Assembly: GCA_965232515.1 (NCBI GenBank)
Contig: CBDDPY010000002.1
Span: 1,120,001 to 1,184,000 of the forward strand
Reading direction: 5' to 3'
DNA: 64,000 nucleotides
DNA from: Alphaproteobacteria bacterium
GTDB lineage: Bacteria; Pseudomonadota; Alphaproteobacteria; GCA-2731375
Part shown: positions 10,616 to 20,033 of the stretch, one piece after another
How positions within the stretch are numbered: the first letter of the stretch is position 1
Layout of the letters: each line of letters begins with the position of its first letter
Position numbers and translations under genes: made by a program
The notes under the pieces: generated by a model
Databases searched by the model: none
Seen by the model: only the letters and a program-made list of their open reading frames with translations
What the model was told of the DNA's origin: nothing

Positions 10616-11893
10616 ATGTTCGACATACGCTGGATTCGGGACAACCCGGACGCATTCGATGCTGGCCTCGCCAAGCGCGGGCTGCCGGCGCAGGCCAGCC
10701 ATGTGCTCGATCTGGACTCGCGGCGCCGCTCCGCCGTCACTGAACTGCAGGAAGCACAGGCCCGACGCAACGAGGCGTCGAAACAGATCGGCGCGGCCAA
10801 GTCCAAGGGCGAGGATGCCGACGCACTGATCGCCGAAGTGGCGTCGCTGAAGCAGCGCATCCAGCAGGTCGAAGCCGACGAGGCATCGATCGGCGACGAG
10901 CTGGACGGCATCCTGGCCGGGCTGCCGAACCTGCCAGAGCCGGACGTGCCGGTCGGCGAGGACGAGGACGCCAACGTCGAGATCCGCCGGCACGGCGAGC
11001 AGCCGCGCATGAACTTCGAGCCCAAGCAGCATTTCGAGCTTGGCGAGGCCATGGGCCTGATGGATTTCGAGACGGCCGCGCGGCTGTCGGGCGCCCGGTT
11101 CGTCGTCCTGCGCGGCTTGCTGGCCCGGCTCGAACGGGCATTGGCCAGTTTCATGCTCGACATGCACACCACGGAATTCGGATATGAGGAGATCGTCGGC
11201 CCGCTGCTGGTGCGCGAGCACACGGCGTTCGGCACCGGCAACCTGCCGAAGTTCGAGGACGATCTGTTCAAGACCACCGACGGCTTCTACCTGATCCCGA
11301 CGTCTGAGATGGTGCTAACCAACCTGGTGCGCGAGCAGATCGTCGACGAGGAGACGCTGCCGCGGCGCTACACGGCCTATACGCCGTGCTTCCGCTCCGA
11401 AGCCGGGGCGGCCGGCAAGGACACCCGCGGCATGATCCGCCAGCACCAGTTCTCGAAGGTCGAGATGGTGAGCATCACCGCGCCCGAGGAATCGACGGCC
11501 GAGCATGAACGCATGACCGGCATCGCCGAGGAAGTCCTGAAGCGCCTCGGCCTGCATTACCGCGTGATGACGCTCAGCAGCGGCGATATGGGCTTCGCGG
11601 CCAAGAAGACCCTCGATATCGAGGTCTGGCTGCCGGGGCAGAACACCTTCCGCGAGATCTCGAGCTGCTCCAACTGCGGCGACTTTCAGGCGCGGCGCAT
11701 GCAGGCGCGCTGCCGGGCGGCGGGCGGCAAGGGCACGCGCTTCGTTCATACGCTGAACGGCTCGGGCCTGGCCATCGGCCGGACCATCGTGGCGATCCTG
11801 GAAAACTATCAGCGCGCGGACGGCACGGTCGCGGTACCCGAGGCGCTGCGTCCCTATCTCGGCGGCCTGGAGGTGATTTCCGCCGATGCCTAA
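10616..11893 (+). CDS. serS: Serine--tRNA ligase
   Basis: N-terminal coiled coil, [34 protein letters not shown]. Confidence 0.97.
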   Translation: MFDIRWIRDNPDAFDAGLAKRGLPAQASHVLDLDSRRRSAVTELQEAQARRNEASKQIGAAKSKGEDADALIAEVASLKQRIQQVEADEASIGDELDGILAGLPNLPEPDVPVGEDEDANVEIRRHGEQPRMNFEPKQHFELGEAMGLMDFETAARLSGARFVVLRGLLARLERALASFMLDMHTTEFGYEEIVGPLLVREHTAFGTGNLPKFEDDLFKTTDGFYLIPTSEMVLTNLVREQIVDEETLPRRYTAYTPCFRSEAGAAGKDTRGMIRQHQFSKVEMVSITAPEESTAEHERMTGIAEEVLKRLGLHYRVMTLSSGDMGFAAKKTLDIEVWLPGQNTFREISSCSNCGDFQARRMQARCRAAGGKGTRFVHTLNGSGLAIGRTIVAILENYQRADGTVAVPEALRPYLGGLEVISADA

Positions 11894-12674
11894 AGCCGCC
11901 CGCGCCGATCTGTCGAAAGCCCGGATCCTGGTAACGAACGATGACGGCATTCACGCGCCCGGTCTGAAGGTGCTGGAGAAGATCGCCAGACAGCTGTCGA
12001 ACGACGTCTGGGTCGTGGCGCCGGAAACAGAGCAGAGCGGCGCCGGACACTCGCTGACCCTGACCTTGCCCCTGCGGGTACGGCACGTCTCGCGCCGCAA
12101 GTTCGCGGTGCGCGGCACGCCGACCGACTGCGTGATGATGGCCATGAACCAGCTGGTATCGGGCAAGCGGCCGGACTTGGTGCTGTCGGGCGTCAATCGC
12201 GGCGCCAACATGGGCGAGGACGTGACCTACTCAGGCACCATCGCCGCGGCCATGGAAGGCACACTGCTGGGCGTGCCGTCGGTCGCGCTCAGCCAAACCT
12301 ATCTCAATACCCATCCGCCGAAATGGGCGACGGCCGAACACCATGGACCGGACCTGATCCGCAGGCTGGTGGCCATCGGCTGGCCGTCCGACGTGTTGAT
12401 GAACATCAACTTTCCCGATGTGCTGCATGGCGCGGTCAAGGACGTCGTCGTCTGTCGCCAGGGCCGGCGGGATATCTCCAACCTGCACATCGATGCCCGC
12501 GTCGATGCCCGCGAGCAGCCTTACTACTGGCTTGGCTTCCGGCCCCGCATGGGCAAGCCGAAGCCGAACACGGATCTGGCCGTGGTCGATGCCGGCAATA
12601 TCTCGGTGACGCCGCTGCAGCTCGACCTGACCGACAATCGCACCCTGAAATCGCTGCGGGCGGCGCTCACGTGA
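11886..12674 (+). CDS. surE: 5'/3'-nucleotidase SurE
   Basis: [26 protein letters not shown]. Confidence 0.95.
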   Translation: MPKAARADLSKARILVTNDDGIHAPGLKVLEKIARQLSNDVWVVAPETEQSGAGHSLTLTLPLRVRHVSRRKFAVRGTPTDCVMMAMNQLVSGKRPDLVLSGVNRGANMGEDVTYSGTIAAAMEGTLLGVPSVALSQTYLNTHPPKWATAEHHGPDLIRRLVAIGWPSDVLMNINFPDVLHGAVKDVVVCRQGRRDISNLHIDARVDAREQPYYWLGFRPRMGKPKPNTDLAVVDAGNISVTPLQLDLTDNRTLKSLRAALT

Positions 12675-13309
12675 GCTTCGAGGCGAACAAGATCCGCCTC
12701 ATCATGGAGCTCCGCCGGGAGGGCATCAGCGACCGCAGCGTGCTGTCCGCCATTGAGCGCATTCCGCGCGAGGTCTTCGTTCCCGATCCGTTTCAGGATC
12801 GCGCCTACGATAACACCGCGCTGCCCATCAGCCAGGGTCAGACCATCAGCCAGCCCTTCGTCGTCGCCTTCATGACCCAGGAATTGCAGCTTGGCGACCG
12901 GATGAAGGTGTTGGAAGTCGGCACCGGCTCGGGTTACCAGGCCGCCATCCTGAGCCGACTTTGCCGCCGCGTTTACACCATCGAGCGCTACCGCTCGCTG
13001 CTTCAGGAGGCCAACCAGCGCTTCGAGCAGCTCCGCCTCTACAACATCACCACGCGGCTCGGCGACGGCAACAAAGGTTGGCCCGAGCAGGCGCCATTCG
13101 AGCGTATCATGGTGACGGCTGGCGCCGAGGCCGTGCCGCGGGCGCTCGCGGAACAGCTCGCCGATGGCGGCATCATGCTGGTCCCTGTCGGCCCGCGCGA
13201 AGAGCAGCAGATCGTCCGCGTTCGCCGCGACGGCGACGACTTTACGGAGCAAAACCTGCTGCCAGTCCGTTTTGTGCCCCTGGTCGAGGGCGTCGCCCGC
13301 GCCGGCTGA
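12671..13309 (+). CDS. pcm: Protein-L-isoaspartate O-methyltransferase
   Basis: GQTISQP, VLEVGTGSGYQ, VRFVPL; GTG start overlaps the surE stop. Confidence 0.93.
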   Translation: MSFEANKIRLIMELRREGISDRSVLSAIERIPREVFVPDPFQDRAYDNTALPISQGQTISQPFVVAFMTQELQLGDRMKVLEVGTGSGYQAAILSRLCRRVYTIERYRSLLQEANQRFEQLRLYNITTRLGDGNKGWPEQAPFERIMVTAGAEAVPRALAEQLADGGIMLVPVGPREEQQIVRVRRDGDDFTEQNLLPVRFVPLVEGVARAG

Positions 13310-13366
13310 AATTGGCGATGAACCGCCTAGAGGACATTATTCCGCCCGACCGGCGGCTCGGCGGCG

Positions 13367-13374
13367 TTAACCAT
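13367..13374 (+). promoter_or_regulatory. CtrA half-site-like motif upstream of the LysM/M23 gene
   Basis: TTAACCAT about 43 bp upstream of the ATG. Confidence 0.35.
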
Positions 13375-13416
13375 ATCGGCATTGATCCGGCGAATCGGCC
13401 CGACTAGAGTGCCGGC

Positions 13417-14715
13417 ATGATTTGCGCCGGGGCAAATTCCGGATCCCGCCTGCTGACCGTGGCGGCATTGATGATGCTCGGCCTGTCGGCCTGTACGACG
13501 GTGTCGCCGGCGCCCGTCGTCTTCAAGGCCGGGCCGATCTCGGTGCCCGTGCCATCTACCGTCGCGCCGGGATCGGGAAGCAGCTCATCGCCGGTGGTCG
13601 CCACCCCACCGAGCGCCTTCATGGCCGATCAGCGCCAGCAGCGCACAGGCGTGCCGACCGTCGCGCCGCTTCCTTCACGCGCCGTGATGGCCGCGCCGTT
13701 GTCGACAGGTGAGGCGCCGCTGACCTCGGTTGCCGTGCGTTCCGCACCGCCATTGCCGCGCACCCGTCCGACCGCGACGAACACCGCCAGCATCGGCCCC
13801 GGCACCTACCAAGTGCAGCCGGGCGAAACGATCTTCGCCGTAGCCCGGAAGTCCAACGTGGCCATGCGCGATCTCATCGAGGCCAACGGCCTCGCATCGC
13901 CCTATCGGCTGCAGGCCGGTCAGCGCATCATCATTCCGCAGGCGCGCTATCACCGGGTGCAGGCCGGCGAGACGCTCTACGCCATCGCCCGACAGTATGA
14001 TGTCGATATGCCCAGCATCGTGCGGGCAAACGGTCTGACCGCCCCGTACACGGTAGCGGCCGGCCAGCGGCTCAGGCTGCCGGAGCGGCTGACGGAGGCA
14101 TCGACCCCCCGGAACGCCGCCGCGCCGGTGCGAACAGCGGTGACGACACAATCGCCGTCGACCGCGACGGCCGTCGCGGCAAAAAGCGCGCCACAGCCGA
14201 CAGTGCGGCCCTCGGCGACCAGCCAAGTTGCCGCCGTACCCCGGGTTATTCCGAAGCCCCCGCCACGTTCCGGTCGAACATTCGCCTGGCCGGTCGACGG
14301 ACGCGTCATCTCCCGCTTCGGCGGCAAGCCGGGCGGCATGCGTAATGACGGCATAAACATCGCGACCCGACGTGGCGCCGAGGTGAGGGCGGCCGAAGAC
14401 GGGGTCGTCGCCTATGCCGGCAACGAACTGAAGGGCTTCGGCAATATGCTGTTGCTGCGCCACGCCGACGGCTGGATGACGGCCTACGCCCACAACGAAA
14501 AGGTGCTGGTCAAACTGGGCGATCGGGTCCGCCGCGGCCAGGTCGTTGCCCGGGTCGGCAGCAGCGGCAACGTCACAACACCACAGCTACACTTCGAAAT
14601 CCGAAAAGGAACGGTCGCCGTCGACCCAAGCCGTCACCTGGACTCGCGGTCAGCCGCCAACGGCGGCAGCGGACCTAGAGCCGGACTTTCCGGCGGCCGG
14701 CCAAATCCTGGATAA
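13417..14715 (+). CDS. nlpD: LysM x2 + peptidase M23 lipoprotein (NlpD/DipM-like)
   Basis: Lipobox LSAC, two LysM repeats (YQVQPGET, HRVQAGET), M23 domain (NDGINI, YAH, QLHFEIR) with degenerate zinc ligands. Confidence 0.85.
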   Translation: MICAGANSGSRLLTVAALMMLGLSACTTVSPAPVVFKAGPISVPVPSTVAPGSGSSSSPVVATPPSAFMADQRQQRTGVPTVAPLPSRAVMAAPLSTGEAPLTSVAVRSAPPLPRTRPTATNTASIGPGTYQVQPGETIFAVARKSNVAMRDLIEANGLASPYRLQAGQRIIIPQARYHRVQAGETLYAIARQYDVDMPSIVRANGLTAPYTVAAGQRLRLPERLTEASTPRNAAAPVRTAVTTQSPSTATAVAAKSAPQPTVRPSATSQVAAVPRVIPKPPPRSGRTFAWPVDGRVISRFGGKPGGMRNDGINIATRRGAEVRAAEDGVVAYAGNELKGFGNMLLLRHADGWMTAYAHNEKVLVKLGDRVRRGQVVARVGSSGNVTTPQLHFEIRKGTVAVDPSRHLDSRSAANGGSGPRAGLSGGRPNPG

Positions 14716-15535
14716 ACTGCCAGGCCACGCGGCCGTTGCGGGCGCCGCGCGTCATCGACCATTCGATCGCTTCGGCCCGCAATTCGTCATCACCGATCTT
14801 GATGCCGAAATGATCGCAATAGCCACGGATCATGGTCAGGAACTCGTCCTGGCTGCAATTATGGAATCCCAGCCAGAGCCCGAAGCGGTCCGACAGCGAG
14901 ACCTTTTCCTCCACCGCCTCTGACGGACTGATCGCGGTCGAGCGCTCGTTCTCCATCATATCGCGCGGCATCAGGTGGCGTCGGTTCGAGGTGGCGTAGA
15001 AGATCACGTTTTCCGGCCGGCCCTCGATGCCGCCATCCAGAACGGCCTTCAGCGACTTGTAGCTGGTATCGTCGTGGTCGAAGGACAGATCGTCGCAGAA
15101 CAGCAGGAAAAACTGCGGCCGATCGCGCAGATGCTTCAGCAGCCGGGGCAGGGAAGGAATGTCTTCGCGGTGGATCTCGACCAGCTTCAAGGCGCCGCCA
15201 TGATCCGCCGCAATCGCCGCATGCACCGACTTCACCAGGCTGCTCTTGCCCATGCCGCGAGCGCCCCATAGGAGGGCGTTATTGGCCGGCAAGCCATCCG
15301 CGAACCGGCGGGTGTTCTCGAGCAGAATGTCGCGGTTTCGGTCGATCCCGTGCAGCAGTCCCAGATCGAGGCGGTTGACGGCCGACACGGGCTGCAACAC
15401 GTCGAGGTCCGCATGCCAGACAAAAGCATCGGCGGCGGCAAGGTCGGCGGCAGCCGCTTGCGGTGGCGCCAGACGCTCCAGGGCGTCGGCGATCCGCGTC
15501 AGCAGCGGTTCGATATTGTCGTCATTGGCGGACAT
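14675..15535 (-). CDS. DUF815 family AAA+ ATPase
   Basis: LLWGARGMGKSS, FCDDLSF, YATSNRRHL, EEKVSLSDRFG; 3' end overlaps nlpD by 41 bp. Confidence 0.9.
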   Translation of the reverse strand: MSANDDNIEPLLTRIADALERLAPPQAAAADLAAADAFVWHADLDVLQPVSAVNRLDLGLLHGIDRNRDILLENTRRFADGLPANNALLWGARGMGKSSLVKSVHAAIAADHGGALKLVEIHREDIPSLPRLLKHLRDRPQFFLLFCDDLSFDHDDTSYKSLKAVLDGGIEGRPENVIFYATSNRRHLMPRDMMENERSTAISPSEAVEEKVSLSDRFGLWLGFHNCSQDEFLTMIRGYCDHFGIKIGDDELRAEAIEWSMTRGARNGRVAWQFIQDLAGRRKVRL

Positions 15536-15703
15536 TCGGCTTCAACAAACAATGATTGACGATAGTTGACAGGCCGGAGACGGCGGCTGATATAAGGCGC
15601 GAGAAACTATCATAAGATCGGCCCCGGTCAACTCGCCACCCTGTGCGAGGATCAGCAGCTGGGACTACAATTAAAACGTGCGCCAGCTCGTTCGGCGCAC
15701 AGC

Positions 15704-15731
15704 TTGCAAAGAACAGGGCCGCGGCTATAGT
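15704..15731 (+). promoter_or_regulatory. Putative sigma70 promoter for yajC-secDF
   Basis: TTGCAA-N16-TATAGT. Confidence 0.45.
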
Positions 15732-15767
15732 CCGCCGACGGCGCGCAGACAGACCGGAGAGACTTGG

Positions 15768-16172
15768 ATGTTCATTTCCCCCGCATACGCACAGGCCGGC
15801 GGGGCCGGCGGCGGCGATTTTCTGATCCAGCTTCTGCCGCTGGTGCTGATCTTCGTGGTCTTCTGGTTTTTCCTGATCCGCCCGCAGCAGAAGAAGATGA
15901 AGGATCACCGCGAGATGGTCTCGGCCCTGCGCCGTGGCGATCAGGTGGTTACGGGCGGCGGACTGATCGGCCGGGTCACCAAGGTAATCGACGACAATAC
16001 CTGCCAGGTAGAGTTGGCCGAGGGCGTGCGGGTCAAGGTCGTACGCAGCACCATCACCGATGTGCTGTCCCGCGGCGAGCCGGTGAAGGGCGCCAAGAGT
16101 GGCGGGGGCGACAGCAAGACCGAAGCGCCGGCGGAGAAGAAGTCACTGTTCAGCTTCGGCCAGAAAAAGTAG
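15768..16172 (+). CDS. yajC: Preprotein translocase subunit YajC
   Basis: MFISPAYAQ, FFLIRPQQKK, RGDQVVTGGG; GGAGA RBS. Confidence 0.95.
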   Translation: MFISPAYAQAGGAGGGDFLIQLLPLVLIFVVFWFFLIRPQQKKMKDHREMVSALRRGDQVVTGGGLIGRVTKVIDDNTCQVELAEGVRVKVVRSTITDVLSRGEPVKGAKSGGGDSKTEAPAEKKSLFSFGQKK

Positions 16173-16191
16173 GCCAAACCGGAACCGCCAG

Positions 16192-17811
16192 ATGCTCTAT
16201 TTCGACAAGTGGAAGATCATTCTGGTGGCGCTGGTCTGCGTCACCGGCGTGCTCTTCTCGGTGCCGAATTTCTTCGACCGCCAGACAACGCAAGGCTGGC
16301 CGGACTGGATCCCGAACCAACAGGTCAATCTCGGTCTCGACCTCCAGGGCGGTGCGCACCTTCTGTTCCAGGTCGAAGTCGATGCCGTCGTCAAGGAGCG
16401 GCTGGAAAACCTGGTCGACGGCATTCGCTCGGTGCTGCGTGAGGAACGGGTCGGCTATCGCGGTCTTGGCGTCGATGGCGATGCCGCCACGTTGACCCTT
16501 CGCGATCCGTCGCAACGCGAACTCGCCATGGGGCAGATTCAAACGCTGGCGACGACACTCGCGATCAACCCGCTCACGGGTGTCGGCGGCGGCAGCGACA
16601 TTGAAATTCTCACTCGGGGCGACGACGGCATCGCTGTCGTCCTGACCGAGGACGCGATCATCGAAGCCCAACGATCGGCCGTCGAGCAGTCGGTCGAGAT
16701 CGTCCGCCGCCGCATCGACGAACTCGGCACGCGGGAGCCATCGATCCAGCGCCAGGGCGACGACCGAATTCTGGTCCAGGTGCCCGGCGAAAACGATCCG
16801 CAGCGGATCATCGACATCATCGGCAAGACGGCCAAGATGGTGTTCAGGTTGGTCGATGTCACCACCAGCCCGGCCGACGGCCTGCGTGGCCGTATTCCGG
16901 CCGGCTCGGAGTTGCTGCCTTCATCTGAAAAGCTGTCCGACGGCACGCCGGCCGAATACTTCGTCGTCCGCAAGCGCGTGATGGTGAGCGGCGACAGCCT
17001 GGTGGACGCGCAACCCAGCTTTCAGGATGGCCAACCCGTCGTCAGCTTCCGGTTCGATTCCGTGGGCGCCAAGAAGTTCGGCGACGCCACACGGCAGAAT
17101 GTCCAACGGCCGTTCGCCATCGTTCTCGACAACGAAGTGATCAGCGCGCCCGTCATTCGCGAGCCAATTCTGGGTGGCTCCGGCGTCATCTCCGGCAACT
17201 TCACCGTCCAGGGCGTTAACGATCTCGCCACATTGCTGCGCGCCGGCGCCTTGCCGGCGCCGTTATCGGTGCTCGAGCAGCGCGCCGTCGGCCCCTCGCT
17301 CGGCGCCGACTCGATCGCGGCTGGGCAGATCGCCTGCATCATCGCCTTTCTGGCCGTCATGGTGTTCATGGGGCTCGCCTACGGCATCTTCGGCCTGGTC
17401 GCCAACATGGCGCTGATTATCAACGTGTTCATCATTATGGGCGCGCTGTCGGCGTTGCAGGCGACGCTGACACTGCCCGGCATCGCCGGCATCGTGCTGA
17501 CCATCGGCATGGCGGTCGACGCCAACGTGCTGGTCTTCGAGCGCATCCGCGAAGAGATCAATACCGGCAAGACACCGTTCGCGGCCATGGAGGCCGGTTA
17601 CCAGCGGGCCATCGGCACGATCCTGGACGCCAACGTGACGACCTTCATCGCTGCCGTGATCCTGTTCGCCATGGGCTCGGGACCAATCAAAGGCTTTGCC
17701 GTGACGCTCGGGATCGGCATCCTGACCTCCGTATTCACGGCCGTGATGGTGACCCGCATGGTCCTGGTAACCTGGCTGCGGCGCAGCCGGCCCGTCGCGC
17801 TGCCGATCTAG
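16192..17811 (+). CDS. secD: Protein translocase subunit SecD
   Basis: LGLDLQGG, RRRIDELG, LTIGMAVDANVLVFERIREE. Confidence 0.96.
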   Translation: MLYFDKWKIILVALVCVTGVLFSVPNFFDRQTTQGWPDWIPNQQVNLGLDLQGGAHLLFQVEVDAVVKERLENLVDGIRSVLREERVGYRGLGVDGDAATLTLRDPSQRELAMGQIQTLATTLAINPLTGVGGGSDIEILTRGDDGIAVVLTEDAIIEAQRSAVEQSVEIVRRRIDELGTREPSIQRQGDDRILVQVPGENDPQRIIDIIGKTAKMVFRLVDVTTSPADGLRGRIPAGSELLPSSEKLSDGTPAEYFVVRKRVMVSGDSLVDAQPSFQDGQPVVSFRFDSVGAKKFGDATRQNVQRPFAIVLDNEVISAPVIREPILGGSGVISGNFTVQGVNDLATLLRAGALPAPLSVLEQRAVGPSLGADSIAAGQIACIIAFLAVMVFMGLAYGIFGLVANMALIINVFIIMGALSALQATLTLPGIAGIVLTIGMAVDANVLVFERIREEINTGKTPFAAMEAGYQRAIGTILDANVTTFIAAVILFAMGSGPIKGFAVTLGIGILTSVFTAVMVTRMVLVTWLRRSRPVALPI

Positions 17812-17820
17812 GAACGCACC

Positions 17821-18774
17821 ATGCTGACGCTCCGCCTGGTTCCGGCCAAGACCAACGTCCGCTTCATTGACTGGCGCAAGCCGGCGATGTTCCTGTCGGC
17901 CGCCGCCGTCGTGCTGTCGATCATCTTCAGTTTCGCGCCGGGCCTGAACTTCGGCATCGACTTCCGCGGCGGCATTCTGATCGAGATCCGCACGCCCGGC
18001 GTCGCCGACCTCGGGCAGATGCGCAGCGATCTCGGCGGCCTGGGACTGGGCGGCGTCGAGCTGCAGGAATTCGGCGCCGACACCGATGTACTGATCCGGA
18101 TCGAGCGCCAGCCGGGCGACGCGAGCGCGCAGCAGCGGGCGGTCGAGAAGGTCCGCGCCAAGCTGTCCGAAACGATCGGCGAGGGCATCGACTATCGGCG
18201 CCAGGAATTCGTCGGTCCCAAGGTCAGCGGCGAATTGATCGAGGCCGGCACCATCGCCGTCGTGCTCGCCGTCGTGCTGATGCTGGTCTACATCTGGTTC
18301 CGCTTCGAATGGCATTTCGGCGTCGGCGCCGTGATCGCGCTGGTGCACGACGTCGTCCTGTCGATCGGCATGTTTGCGATCACGCAGCTCGAGTTCAATC
18401 TATCGACCATCGCGGCGCTGCTGACCATCGTCGGTTACTCGATCAACGATACGGTGGTGGTCTATGACCGGATCCGCGAGAACCTGCGTAAGTACAAGCA
18501 GATGCCGATGCCGGAGCTGCTGAACGTCTCGATCAACGACACGCTGTCGCGCACCACCATGACCTCGGTGACGACGCTGCTGGCGCTGTTCGCGCTGTTC
18601 ATCTTTGGCGGCGCGGTGATCCAAGGCTTCGTCGCGGCCATGATCTGGGGCGTTCTCGTCGGCACCTATTCGTCGATCTTCGTTGCCGCGCCGCTGCTGA
18701 TCGTCCTGGGCCTGAGCCGCCGCCACCGCGACGACGAGGACAACAAGACGGTGCCGGCCACCCAGGCAGACTAG
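17821..18774 (+). CDS. secF: Protein translocase subunit SecF
   Basis: GIDFRGG, GYSINDTVVVYDRIRE, GTYSSIFVA. Confidence 0.96.
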   Translation: MLTLRLVPAKTNVRFIDWRKPAMFLSAAAVVLSIIFSFAPGLNFGIDFRGGILIEIRTPGVADLGQMRSDLGGLGLGGVELQEFGADTDVLIRIERQPGDASAQQRAVEKVRAKLSETIGEGIDYRRQEFVGPKVSGELIEAGTIAVVLAVVLMLVYIWFRFEWHFGVGAVIALVHDVVLSIGMFAITQLEFNLSTIAALLTIVGYSINDTVVVYDRIRENLRKYKQMPMPELLNVSINDTLSRTTMTSVTTLLALFALFIFGGAVIQGFVAAMIWGVLVGTYSSIFVAAPLLIVLGLSRRHRDDEDNKTVPATQAD

Positions 18775-18781
18775 GCGCGAC

Positions 18782-19159
18782 ATGGACATTTCGCCACCGG
18801 TCCTGAAGAACCGGCAGCTGATCCAGGCTTACGGCGACAACGGCTTTCGTATTGCCGATCAGCGCTACGACCATCCCGTCATCGTCATGTCCGACCGAAC
18901 GGTGCCATGGACCGGCGGCGAGATTGCCAATGTCACGCCCGAGAGCCTGGAACCGCTGCGGGCCGCCGAGCCGGCGGTCGAGCTGCTGTTGATCGGCTGC
19001 GGGCGGTCGATCGCCTACGTGCCGGACGACCTGCGCCAGGCGCTGCGCGCGTGGGGCATCGTCATCGACGCCATGGACACCGGCGCCGCCTGCCGCACCT
19101 ACAACGTGCTGTTGACCGAAGAACGCCGCGTCGCCGCGGCCCTGATCCCCATCGCCTGA
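18782..19159 (+). CDS. Mth938-like domain protein (NDUFAF3 homolog)
   Basis: IQAYGDNGF, MDTGAACRTYNVLLTEERRVAAAL. Confidence 0.9.
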   Translation: MDISPPVLKNRQLIQAYGDNGFRIADQRYDHPVIVMSDRTVPWTGGEIANVTPESLEPLRAAEPAVELLLIGCGRSIAYVPDDLRQALRAWGIVIDAMDTGAACRTYNVLLTEERRVAAALIPIA

Positions 19160-19165
19160 GGCGGC

Positions 19166-20005
19166 TCAGGCCGCCAGCAGGGCTTCCGTCAATGCGTCCG
19201 GCGCCAGCAACATGGCGTCGTGATGCGTGTCGAGCCCGACGTAGATCCAGCGGTCGTCGCCCTTCACCTTGTCGCCCATCGCCTGGAACAGCGGGTTCGG
19301 GTTGGCCTCGCAGCGAATGAAAGTGTAGCGAACGCTGTCCCGCATCGGCTCGCCCTTGACCGGTTGCAGAAAGGTCAGGGGCGATTGGGGCCGCAGCCGG
19401 GCCGCGACCCAATCCCGGACCTTCGGGTCGGTCAATCCCCACAGCTTGGCCATCATTTCCGGCGGACGGGGTGGCACGCTCTTTCCCTCGGCATGCAGCT
19501 TTTCGAAGTTCTGCTTCACCTTGGGCGGGATATAGTCGGCCAGGCCCTTGCCGTTCTCCGGCACCAACGCGTCCAGGTACACGGCGGCCTGCACGCGCTG
19601 CGGCGCCTGCGCCAGAACGCCGGCGATCACCATGCCGCCGTAGCTGTGGCCGACCAGCACGACGTCGCGCAGATCCTCCATCTCCATGTGCGCGATCACG
19701 TCCTGAACATGCATGTCCAGGCCGATCTCCGAGCTGGCGAGGTGCGCGCGTTCGCCAAGCCCCGCCAGCGTGGGCGACGATGCCGGATAGCCCGCGCGCC
19801 AAAGGCGCTCGGTCACTGGCCGCCAGGCCCAGCCGCCGTGCCAAGCGCCGTGGATCAGAACAAAGGGGCGCTTTCCAGCCGGCGCTTGTGCATGGCTCGT
19901 CCCGGCTTGTCCCGCGGCTGCCACGGCCATTCCGGCCGCCGCGAGCTTCAGCGTGTCACGGCGTCGAATTAGCGCGTGTTGATCTGATCGCCTCGAATTC
20001 CTCAT
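19166..20005 (-). CDS. Tat-exported alpha/beta hydrolase (methyl/salicylate-esterase-like)
   Basis: RRDTLK twin-arginine signal and AxA cleavage site (SHA-Q), HGAWHGGW, GHSYGG nucleophile elbow, C-terminal HD; GGGAGG RBS before ATG 20005. Confidence 0.85.
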   Translation of the reverse strand: MRNSRRSDQHALIRRRDTLKLAAAGMAVAAAGQAGTSHAQAPAGKRPFVLIHGAWHGGWAWRPVTERLWRAGYPASSPTLAGLGERAHLASSEIGLDMHVQDVIAHMEMEDLRDVVLVGHSYGGMVIAGVLAQAPQRVQAAVYLDALVPENGKGLADYIPPKVKQNFEKLHAEGKSVPPRPPEMMAKLWGLTDPKVRDWVAARLRPQSPLTFLQPVKGEPMRDSVRYTFIRCEANPNPLFQAMGDKVKGDDRWIYVGLDTHHDAMLLAPDALTEALLAA

Positions 20006-20033
20006 GACCTTCCTCCCATTCATTGTGGCGTCG

